Origin: a bacterium
GTDB lineage: Bacteria > Auribacterota > Erginobacteria > Erginobacterales > DAOSXE01
Direction: 5' to 3'
DNA length: 32,000 nt
Assembly (NCBI GenBank): GCA_035380285.1
Contig: DAOSXE010000001.1
Coordinates: 150,659-182,658 of the forward strand
Under the pieces are notes generated by a model. It did not search any database and was not told the origin of the DNA. It saw only the letters and a program-made list of their open reading frames with translations. The position numbers were made by a program, and so were the translations under genes. This document shows, piece after piece, positions 14,284 to 21,539 of the stretch. Numbering within the stretch: the stretch's first letter is position 1; the number at the start of each line of letters is the position of its first letter.

Positions 14284-15315
14284 ATGGAAAGAAAAAGGCT
14301 GGCAAATCGCCTGCTCACCGGGATTTGGATTTTCCTGTTCCTCCTGGTGGTGGGACTTTTTTTGGGGAGCCGGTTGACGGAGGTGAAGGGGTGGCTGCGG
14401 GGTTTGGTCCGCGAGCCGCAAGCCGTCATGAACTCCTTCCAGCCCCGTTCGATGGCGGGTTTCCGATGTTCCTTCGAGCAGCCCGGGGATACCGGGATCT
14501 GGGTCACCCACCAGACGGCGCTGGCGGTGACCGACCTGGATCTGCCCGGCGCCCGGCACTGGGCCCGGGTCACGTATTACCCCGGCACCGCTCCGGGGCT
14601 TCTCTGGACCGACGAATCCATGGGCGTGATGGATTGGCGGGGGGTGAAGGCGTTGGAATTCGACGCTTATAACCCCAACGGGTGGCCCGTGGATTTGAAG
14701 ATTAAAATCAAGGACCAGTCCGGGAACTCCTTCCAAAGAGCCCAGAAACTGGCGCCGGGCCGAACTACTTCGATATCAGTACCGCTGTCGGCTGCATCCG
14801 GCCAACTCAACCTGGGGCGAGTCAGCTATCTGAATCTTTTCTTGTGGGGCCCGGGAAGCGAAACGGTTCTCTTCTTTTCCAATTTCAGCCTCCCCGGGGT
14901 CGGCGAGACCCCACCGGCTTCGAACCGGCAGCCGGGGCTTAAATTTCTTGGGTTGGAATTTCCCCGGATTCTCCGCCGGGGGGAGATAGTTGAGGCTTCT
15001 TTCTTCTTCATGCCGGAGGCGGCGTTGCCGGAGGGCTGCCTGCTCTTGGTCCGTCTCAAGAATCGAGCCGGCATCACTCCCTTGGGCGAGGTTTCCCCGC
15101 CGCTGCCCACCTCGGCCTGGGCGCCGGGGCGGATGGCCCGGGTCGGTCCGTTCCCCCTGGAAATCCCGATGACCGCCTCCCCCGGCTTGTACGAACTGGA
15201 AGCGGTCATGGCCCGTCCCTTGGGGGAGAGCGGGGAAGGGGGGGTTGTTTTTCTGCCCTACGCCAACGCCGACCTGCCCGGGCATTCGGTGGCCGAGGTG
15301 GAAGTGATCGAGTGA
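14284..15315 (+). CDS. Membrane-anchored hypothetical protein, architecture TM-X-Y (X = CBM/galactose-binding-like domain, Y = Ig-like repeat domain shared with the next gene)
   Basis: N-terminal TM helix LLTGIWIFLFLLVVGLFLG. Domain X contains DWRGVKALEFDAYNP...DLKIKIKDQSGNSF...LFFSNFSL. Domain Y contains RRGEIVEASFFFMPEAALPEG...PTSAWAPGRMARVGPFPLEIPMTASPGLYELEAV. I recognise no catalytic motif. Confidence 0.6.
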   Translation: MERKRLANRLLTGIWIFLFLLVVGLFLGSRLTEVKGWLRGLVREPQAVMNSFQPRSMAGFRCSFEQPGDTGIWVTHQTALAVTDLDLPGARHWARVTYYPGTAPGLLWTDESMGVMDWRGVKALEFDAYNPNGWPVDLKIKIKDQSGNSFQRAQKLAPGRTTSISVPLSAASGQLNLGRVSYLNLFLWGPGSETVLFFSNFSLPGVGETPPASNRQPGLKFLGLEFPRILRRGEIVEASFFFMPEAALPEGCLLLVRLKNRAGITPLGEVSPPLPTSAWAPGRMARVGPFPLEIPMTASPGLYELEAVMARPLGESGEGGVVFLPYANADLPGHSVAEVEVIE

Positions 15316-15359
15316 GATTTCGAAACGACAAGCAGCGACTGTAACCGGAGAAAGTGGAG

Positions 15360-16823
15360 ATGCATAAAAAATTGATGGGTTTAGCGATCTTCCTGGTATT
15401 GACTGGGATGGGTAGGAGCGAAACCGTGCTCAGGGAAGGCCCCGCCCGGCTGAAATTCATCAGTTTTTCCCTGCAGACCGAGATTCCCCAGGGGACGTTC
15501 GTCAAGGCCAGCGCTTTTTTCCAGCTTACGGCTCCGGTCGACGGCGACGAGAAGGTGTTTTTCCATCTGGCTCCGGCCGGCCAGAAAAACCCGGTTCTCA
15601 ACGCCGATTTCTATCCCAAATATCCCACTTCGCTTTGGGCGGTGGGCCAGACGGTGGAAGCCGGCCCGATCGGCCTGACCGTTCCCGGCACGATCGCCCC
15701 CGGAGAGTACGATCTCAGGACCGGGTTGATGGAGATCGACCGCACCGGGCAGGAAACCCGGTATATCCGGGAAAAGTTCACCAATCCCGAGATCAAGGAT
15801 TTCACGGTGGGTCGGGTGCGGGTGGTTCCTCCGGCCGACGGAGCCGGGGGAGGGCCGGGGGAAGGGGAGCAGGCTCCCGTCGCCGACCTGGACATAGTCA
15901 GTTTCGAGAAAGACAACGACGTCCTCCTCTGGCAACCGGTGGGGGCGCGGGTCGAGCGCTACGACCTCGACGAGCTCCCGGTGGCCGCGGTCGCCATCGT
16001 CCCCGATCCGTCGGTCCCTTATCCGGGGGTGGAGTTGAACAATTTTTTCCAGATATTCCCCCAATATGCCGACTGGTCGCTGTACGACGCTCTCCAGGTA
16101 GGTTTGTCGGTCCCCGGCCAATCTCCCCTGCGCAGGTTGTTCATACAGATCAGCGACGCTCAAGGACGGATGTATAAAAAGGAAGTCCGGTTGAAACCGG
16201 GGGAGTCGGCTCAGGAACTGCTGGATATGGTGACGCTGGGGGGGGTAATCAATATCTCCCGGATAGCGCGGGTGAAAATCTTTTCGGTCGCCCTCGACCG
16301 GGAAGCCACCTTTTACGTCACCGGGTTGCGGCTGCTGGCGCGGGGGATGCCGACCAGCGAGCCCACGGTCGAGTTCGTGCGCCTGGAATGCCCGGCCAGC
16401 GTCAAGCGGGGGGAAGTCTTCTTCGTCAAGGTGTTCTTTTCCCTGAAGGCTCCGGTCTTCGCCCCCTGCAAGCTGTTCGTCCATATCTACCGGGAAAACG
16501 ACCTCCAGGGAGCGGTGAACGGGGACAACAATCTGGTGGTCCCGGTACGGCAGTGGCCGCTGAAGCAGGAAGTGGGCGCGTTGTCGTCGCCGGTGATGAT
16601 CCGCCCCGACGCCCCTCCCGGGCGATATCTGGTCCGGGCCGGTCTCTATACCCCCATCCAAAGCGACGGGGTCGGGTATATCAAGACCGCGACCTGGGAC
16701 GACGGCCGGGGGCAGGAGGTCGTCAACATCGAGCAGCCGGTGGTCGGGGAAGATTATATCAAGCAGCCCTATACCGATCCCAAGATCGAGGATTGGGTGG
16801 TGGGCTCGATCCAGGTCGAATAA
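15360..16823 (+). CDS. Secreted hypothetical protein, architecture SP-Y-X-Y (paralogous to the previous gene)
   Basis: Signal peptide MHKKLMGLAIFLVLTGMG. The two Y copies end in a near-identical tail: FTNPEIKDFTVGRVRVV and YTDPKIEDWVVGSIQVE. The central X domain (ADWSLYDALQVGLS...LFIQISDAQGRMY...FYVTGLRLL) parallels domain X of the upstream protein. I prefer the ATG at 15360 over the GTG at 15354, because GGAG lies 9 nt upstream of the ATG. Confidence 0.6.
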   Translation: MHKKLMGLAIFLVLTGMGRSETVLREGPARLKFISFSLQTEIPQGTFVKASAFFQLTAPVDGDEKVFFHLAPAGQKNPVLNADFYPKYPTSLWAVGQTVEAGPIGLTVPGTIAPGEYDLRTGLMEIDRTGQETRYIREKFTNPEIKDFTVGRVRVVPPADGAGGGPGEGEQAPVADLDIVSFEKDNDVLLWQPVGARVERYDLDELPVAAVAIVPDPSVPYPGVELNNFFQIFPQYADWSLYDALQVGLSVPGQSPLRRLFIQISDAQGRMYKKEVRLKPGESAQELLDMVTLGGVINISRIARVKIFSVALDREATFYVTGLRLLARGMPTSEPTVEFVRLECPASVKRGEVFFVKVFFSLKAPVFAPCKLFVHIYRENDLQGAVNGDNNLVVPVRQWPLKQEVGALSSPVMIRPDAPPGRYLVRAGLYTPIQSDGVGYIKTATWDDGRGQEVVNIEQPVVGEDYIKQPYTDPKIEDWVVGSIQVE

Positions 16824-16850
16824 GCCCGGGGTTGCTATCTCCCCGATCAG

Positions 16851-17702
16851 ATGAGCAGAGTCCGCAGCAGGTTGGCCGTCCTGGGCGTGGTCGGTCTGGC
16901 CGGCCTATGCGCCGTGGCCGGTTTTCTTTTGTTCGACGCCCTGGTCGTCGAACCCAACTGGATCACCGTGCGGCGCGTGCGCATCGAAAACCCGGACCTG
17001 GCCGCCGCCCTGGAGGGGGTCCGGGTCGCCCAGATCTCCGACCTCCACCTGCGGGGGAGCTTGGGGTTCCGGGAACGGTCCCTGATCGCCCGCTTGAACC
17101 GGTTGCGCCCCGATCTGATCCTCATTACCGGAGATCTGGTCGAAGGACCGGGGCAGGGCCGCTTGGCCGTGGAATTCATCCGCCAACTCAAGCCCGGGCT
17201 CTGGTCCTACGGAGTTCTGGGTAACGCCGACCGCAACGCCTTTTCCGTATCCCAGCGGAATGCCCTGCGCCGGGCCGGCCTGGAGATGATCGGGGAAAGG
17301 GCGTTGCGGATGCAGCCGGGAGCGGCTCCGGCCGAATTTTATCTGGCCGGGATCGATTTCCCCGGCTACGGGCAACCGGTGCCCGCCGACCGGATCCGGG
17401 AAATCGTCTCCGGGGTGCCTCCGGGAAAACCCATAATTTTTCTGGCTTATTCCCCCGACGCGGCGGAAGCGCTGGCGGATGAAGGCGTGGACCTGGTGCT
17501 TTCCGGGGATTCCCACGGCGGGCAGGTCGGCCTTCCCGGTTGGGGGAGTCTGTTCGAGGAGTTCGGGAGGTCGCGGTTCGTCCGGGGTCTCTACCGGTTG
17601 AAAAACACCGTTCTCTACGTCAATCGGGGGATCGCCACCAAGACGGTGCCGATCCGCTTTCTCTGCCCCCCCGAAATCACCCTCTTCGAGTTTACCCGAT
17701 GA
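16851..17702 (+). CDS. Membrane-anchored calcineurin-like metallophosphoesterase (YaeI/YkuE-like) with substituted active-site histidines
   Basis: N-terminal TM helix, then motifs ISDLHL, ITGDLV, LGNADRN (where GNHD is expected), LAYSPD (where H-N-P-D is expected) and SGDSHGGQ (where GHTHGGQ is expected). Confidence 0.7.
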   Translation: MSRVRSRLAVLGVVGLAGLCAVAGFLLFDALVVEPNWITVRRVRIENPDLAAALEGVRVAQISDLHLRGSLGFRERSLIARLNRLRPDLILITGDLVEGPGQGRLAVEFIRQLKPGLWSYGVLGNADRNAFSVSQRNALRRAGLEMIGERALRMQPGAAPAEFYLAGIDFPGYGQPVPADRIREIVSGVPPGKPIIFLAYSPDAAEALADEGVDLVLSGDSHGGQVGLPGWGSLFEEFGRSRFVRGLYRLKNTVLYVNRGIATKTVPIRFLCPPEITLFEFTR

Positions 17703-18553
17703 AAGCCGTTCTTGTCGGGCCGCGGAAATTGCTGGGATGGATCGCCCCTTTCCTGCCCCTGCTGGTACTGGCGTGGCCGGCCTGGCGGGCGCTGACCTGG
17801 ATGAACCGCCGGTTCTTCGAACAGGAATCCTACTACTCTCACGGCTGGCTGATTCCGGCCGCCATCGCCTGGCTCATCTATCTGCGCCGCTCCCGGATCG
17901 CCGCCGTGGGCCGGCAGGCCTCTTTTTTCGGGGCCTTCGCGTATGGGTTGGGGGTGTCGATCGCGGCCTCGGGCATCGTCATCGATATCCGATTTCTCGT
18001 CGCCTGGGGGCTGGTTCTGGCCGGGATCGGGTGGTACTGGTCGTGGGCAGGTGCCGCCCGGGCCCGGATCGCCCTTCCTCCTCTCCTCCTGCTCCTGGGC
18101 ATGATCCCCCTCCCCGGAGTCTGGCTGTTGGCGTTGACCGCTCACCTCAAATCCTTAGCCGCCGCCGGGGGGGTTGTCGTCGCCGGATTGTTGGGGGTGC
18201 AAGCGGTGTTGGATGGTTCCACCGTGATCGTCGCCGGTGCCCCTCCCGGGCCGAGCCTGGTGATCGGCGACCCCTGCAGCGGGCTGCGCTCGCTCTTGGT
18301 TTTTGCCTCCCTGGGCTTGTTTTTCGCTCTTCAGGAAGAATCCGGACCGCTGCGCAAGGTTCTCCTGGCGGGGCTGGCGTTGTCGATGGCGCCGCTCAGC
18401 AATCTTCTGCGGGTGGTGTTTCTGATAGTGGTCCGCCGGGTGATCGGGCCGGTGGCTCTCGAAGGTCCGATCCATCTCCTGGCCGGCGCCGGGGCTTTCG
18501 GGTTCTGCTTTTTTCTCTATCTGCTTGCGGTCGGGAGATGGTTCCGCCGATGA
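17699..18553 (+). CDS. Exosortase (Xrt family transpeptidase), compact 284-aa form
   Basis: ATG at 17699 overlaps the upstream stop (ATGA). The protein has YYSHGWLIPAAIAWLIY, the catalytic-Cys motif DPCSGLRSLL, the Arg motif SNLLRVV and the His motif IHLLAGAG, spread over about 8 TM helices. The tracked ORF start at 17540 is an out-of-context extension. Confidence 0.8.
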   Translation: MKAVLVGPRKLLGWIAPFLPLLVLAWPAWRALTWMNRRFFEQESYYSHGWLIPAAIAWLIYLRRSRIAAVGRQASFFGAFAYGLGVSIAASGIVIDIRFLVAWGLVLAGIGWYWSWAGAARARIALPPLLLLLGMIPLPGVWLLALTAHLKSLAAAGGVVVAGLLGVQAVLDGSTVIVAGAPPGPSLVIGDPCSGLRSLLVFASLGLFFALQEESGPLRKVLLAGLALSMAPLSNLLRVVFLIVVRRVIGPVALEGPIHLLAGAGAFGFCFFLYLLAVGRWFRR

Positions 18554-19197
18554 AAAAACGGGGTGTGATCGTCGTCGTCGAAACCGTTGCGGCCGTTTTG
18601 ATCCTGGGGTTGGCGGCGACGATTTCGAACCGGCGTCACGAGCCGGGCTCGTATCCGGTCATCGATCTCGAGAAGATTCCGCTGGAAATCTCCGGCTGGA
18701 AGGGAAAGCGCGTTTCCCTGGGGCCCGACCATCCCGCCCGGGTCGGAGGAGTCGCCGCGGTGTATATCAGCTATCTCAAGGGGGACAGACATCTCGATCT
18801 CTACGTGGTGGAGGGCGCCCCCGGGACGTTTTCGCTCCACCCTCCCGAATATTGCCTGATCGGCGGGGCCAGCGACGAGACCGCGCGGTCGCGGATCGGC
18901 GTTCCTTACGGGGAGGGGAAGGAGATCGAGGTCAACCGCTTCGAGGCCGAAAGGATGCGGCGCCGGAGCCTGGTGTATTACTGGTACGCGGACGGTAACG
19001 GTTTTACTCCGGATTATCTTCTTCCCCAGGTGGCCAACCTGGCGAAGCGCCTGGCGGGGCGAGAGCGAGCCTTCTGCCTGGTCCGGCTTTCCTGGGACGG
19101 CGACGACGGGCTCGACTACGCGGAAGAATCCTTCCGGCTCTTTATCCGGGAAGCGCTGCCCGCGATCGCTCCGATCTTCTCCGGCGGCGGGAAATGA
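18550..19197 (+). CDS. epsI: EpsI-family exosortase-associated protein
   Basis: N-terminal TM helix (VIVVVETVAAVLILGLA), then IPLEISGWKGKRVSLGPD...YISYLKGDRHLDLYVV...YYWY, typical of EpsI/DUF3485 partners of exosortases. The start ATG at 18550 overlaps the exosortase stop; an ATG at 18538 is also possible. Confidence 0.7.
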   Translation: MKKRGVIVVVETVAAVLILGLAATISNRRHEPGSYPVIDLEKIPLEISGWKGKRVSLGPDHPARVGGVAAVYISYLKGDRHLDLYVVEGAPGTFSLHPPEYCLIGGASDETARSRIGVPYGEGKEIEVNRFEAERMRRRSLVYYWYADGNGFTPDYLLPQVANLAKRLAGRERAFCLVRLSWDGDDGLDYAEESFRLFIREALPAIAPIFSGGGK

Positions 19198-19206
19198 CCG
19201 TCGGGC

Positions 19207-20619
19207 TTACCTCGAGCCGCTGCCGCGGAGCACGACCGAGACGGTGCGGAAAATGATAAGAAAATCCAGAGCGGGCGACATGTTCTCGATGTAGAAGATG
19301 TCGTAGAGCAGCTTCTGGCGGTGTTCCTCCGGGGTGGACGCGTAGCCGTGGACGATTTGCGCCCACCCGGTCAGGCCCGGTTTTACCGCCAGCCGCTCGG
19401 CGTAAAAGGGGATCTCTTCCATCAGCTGCCGGATGAATACGGGCCTTTCCGGCCTCGGCCCCACCAGGCTCATATCGTTGATCAGGACATTGTAAAGCTG
19501 CGGAAGCTCGTCGAGCCGAAACCGCCGCAGGAAGCCGCCGAACCGGGTGATGCGGGGATCGTCGTCGGCGGCGAAGGCGGCCCCCGCTGCTTCGCTCCCC
19601 GGGATCATGGTTCGGAACTTATAGAGAGTGAATATCTTCCCATGCAGGCCGGCCCGGACCTGCCGGTAGATCACCGGCCCCGGGGAGGTCAGTTTGATCA
19701 GGACGGCGGCGCCCAGCATGAAGGGAAAAGAGACGATCAGGCCGGCCACGGCCCCGAAGGTGTCGATCAACCGTTTGAGGTCGGGGTACCAGGCCACTTT
19801 CTGATGGGCGGTGGGGCTGATGAGGGGGATGTCCTCGGTCGGACTTCCGGCCATGGTGCCGATGGTGGCCTCGTAGAGACCGGGAACGATCCGGAAGATC
19901 ACGTCGGTTCCGGAGAATTCGTTGATGACCGCCAGGATCTCCTGCCGGGTAATGAGGGGCGAGGCGATGACGACTTCGTCGATGGCCTTCTCCTTGACCA
20001 GGGCGGAAATATCGGATATCCCTCCCAACACCTGTCCGGCGATCGCGGGATCGCTGCGGGCCGAGGAGGGGTTGATGAAACCCACCAGCTTCCGGGTGAT
20101 GGCCGCTTCCCTCACCAGGCGGGTGGCGATCCGTTGCGCTTCGCGGCAGGTTCCGATGATCAGCACCTGGGAGACGAAATAGTTTTTTTTAAGTATCCAG
20201 TTGATGATCCGCTTGGTCGCCAGCCTCCAGAAAACGATCAGGGGAATGGTCAGCGCCCAGGAGATGAGGATCACGGAACGCGGGTAGGCGAAAGACCGGG
20301 CCATGAAAGCGACGACGATGATGATGCCCGTGCTGACGGTGGTGGCCTTGACGGTGCTGAGGACGATGTCGTACGTCGATTTGTATTTGGGCTTGTTGTA
20401 GAGCCCGTAGATGTAGAAACACAGGAGTCTCAGGACGATGATGGGGAGGACCAGGCCCAGCCACGCGATCCGGTTGACCCGCGGGAGCGGACCGTATTCG
20501 AAGCCGAAGCGGATGAAAAAGGCGGCCAGATCGGCGGAGAAGATCAAGCAGGCGTCGACCAGGAGCGAGATCGAGACCAGGAAAGTTTTCGAAGGGAAGC
20601 GCCGCTTGTCAGCCATCAA
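19207..20619 (-). CDS. Polyprenyl-phosphate glycosyl-1-phosphate transferase (WbaP/EpsB-type priming sugar transferase)
   Basis: 470 aa with 4-5 N-terminal TM helices and a central Rossmann-like segment (VLIIGTCREAQRIA). The C-terminal bacterial sugar transferase domain reads KRLIDTFGAVAGLI...PGPVIYRQVRAGLHGKIFTLYKFRTM...DPRITRFGGFLRRFRLDELPQLYNVLINDMSLVGPRPERP. Confidence 0.9.
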   Translation of the reverse strand: MMADKRRFPSKTFLVSISLLVDACLIFSADLAAFFIRFGFEYGPLPRVNRIAWLGLVLPIIVLRLLCFYIYGLYNKPKYKSTYDIVLSTVKATTVSTGIIIVVAFMARSFAYPRSVILISWALTIPLIVFWRLATKRIINWILKKNYFVSQVLIIGTCREAQRIATRLVREAAITRKLVGFINPSSARSDPAIAGQVLGGISDISALVKEKAIDEVVIASPLITRQEILAVINEFSGTDVIFRIVPGLYEATIGTMAGSPTEDIPLISPTAHQKVAWYPDLKRLIDTFGAVAGLIVSFPFMLGAAVLIKLTSPGPVIYRQVRAGLHGKIFTLYKFRTMIPGSEAAGAAFAADDDPRITRFGGFLRRFRLDELPQLYNVLINDMSLVGPRPERPVFIRQLMEEIPFYAERLAVKPGLTGWAQIVHGYASTPEEHRQKLLYDIFYIENMSPALDFLIIFRTVSVVLRGSGSR

Positions 20620-21451
20620 GGATGACCTTGAAATTTTTCCGCACCTTCCGGGTGGTTTGAGAGGTTTCGATGTCGGCCACCGTCATCCGGTCCAGCACCC
20701 GTCGGGCCACGACTTCACCGACCACGTCGCCGTGGTCCACGATCCGGAAACGGTCGCCGGGCTTGATCCCGTCTTCCCTGCCCAGGCTGATGACGATGAA
20801 ATCGTATTCGCCGTTGACGGCGAGAACGGCTCCCACCACCCCGGAACCGCTCGGCTCCTGTTGGGTAACCAGCATCTGGGGCATTTCGATCGAGCCGGAA
20901 CGGGACGTCTGGGCCAGTTTCTCTTTGAGCGACTCGCGTTCCTGCATCAGGCGCTCGATCTTGGAAAAAAGCACCTTCTGCCCCTCGCGCTCCTCGTCCA
21001 GCTTCGTCCGCGCCTCGGCCAGGGCGGCTTTTTCCTCGGCCAGTCGATCCGCCAGATCGCGGTTCCTGGCTTCGCTGGCTTCGAGTTGGCCGCTCAGACG
21101 CAGGTTTTCGGCGCGAACCCCGCTCAGGTCGGTCTCCAGGCGGCCGTGAGAGGTCTGAATGTTTTGAAGTTCGACCTCGACGGCGGCCAGCCGGGACTGC
21201 TGGGCGGAGATTTCGCCGGCCTGTTCCTGGGCCCGCAGTTCGGCGGATTCCCGCAGCTGGGTCTGTTCGAGCAGATCGGCCCCCTGTTTTTTATACCGGG
21301 CAAGGAGAAAGATGACGGCTACCGCCAGAAGCCCGATAATGGCCGAAACAACGATTTTCTGGAAAAAACTTCCGCCGTCGGTTCCGCCTGAGGCCGGCGC
21401 CGGATCGGTATCGGAACTGAGCCGGTCGTGAGCTGAAACGTCGTTGGGCAT
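20609..21451 (-). CDS. Membrane-anchored coiled-coil protein with small beta-rich C-terminal domain, hypothetical
   Basis: I chose the ATG at 21451 (MPNDVSAH) because GGAGG lies 6 nt upstream; the tracked start at 21583 would run through the AT-rich promoter gap. TM helix IVVSAIIGLLAVAVIFLLA. About 130 aa of coiled coil follow (LRAQEQAGEISAQQSRLAAVEVELQN...EKAALAEARTKLDEERE). The C-terminus is VVGAVLAVNGEYDFIVISLGREDGIKPGDRFRIV. The stop overlaps the priming transferase start by 11 nt. Confidence 0.6.
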   Translation of the reverse strand: MPNDVSAHDRLSSDTDPAPASGGTDGGSFFQKIVVSAIIGLLAVAVIFLLARYKKQGADLLEQTQLRESAELRAQEQAGEISAQQSRLAAVEVELQNIQTSHGRLETDLSGVRAENLRLSGQLEASEARNRDLADRLAEEKAALAEARTKLDEEREGQKVLFSKIERLMQERESLKEKLAQTSRSGSIEMPQMLVTQQEPSGSGVVGAVLAVNGEYDFIVISLGREDGIKPGDRFRIVDHGDVVGEVVARRVLDRMTVADIETSQTTRKVRKNFKVILDG

Positions 21452-21481
21452 GAAAACCTCCTTGATGCCGAAATTGACAAT

Positions 21482-21510
21482 AATGTAGAAATTAAACTTT
21501 ACGCTGTCAA
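21482..21510 (-). promoter_or_regulatory. Putative sigma70-type promoter for the coiled-coil protein / priming transferase operon
   Basis: On the minus strand: TTGACA (21510-21505), a 17-nt spacer, then TACATT (21487-21482), about 20 nt upstream of the GGAGG RBS. It lies in an AT-rich divergent gap. Confidence 0.4.
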
Positions 21511-21539
21511 ACGGTTTCCCGAAGGGCGAGGCGGATGAA

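Noticed and set aside
17540-18549. N-terminal extensions suggested by the ORF track: 17540 for the exosortase, 17737 for EpsI, 28437 for GmhA, 4001 and 5996 for GT4s, 21583 for the coiled-coil protein.
   Set aside because: The extensions overlap upstream genes in another frame or cross an AT-rich promoter gap, and they are compositionally junk (Arg/Gly/Pro-rich). Downstream starts give canonical N-termini with RBS or ATGA coupling.
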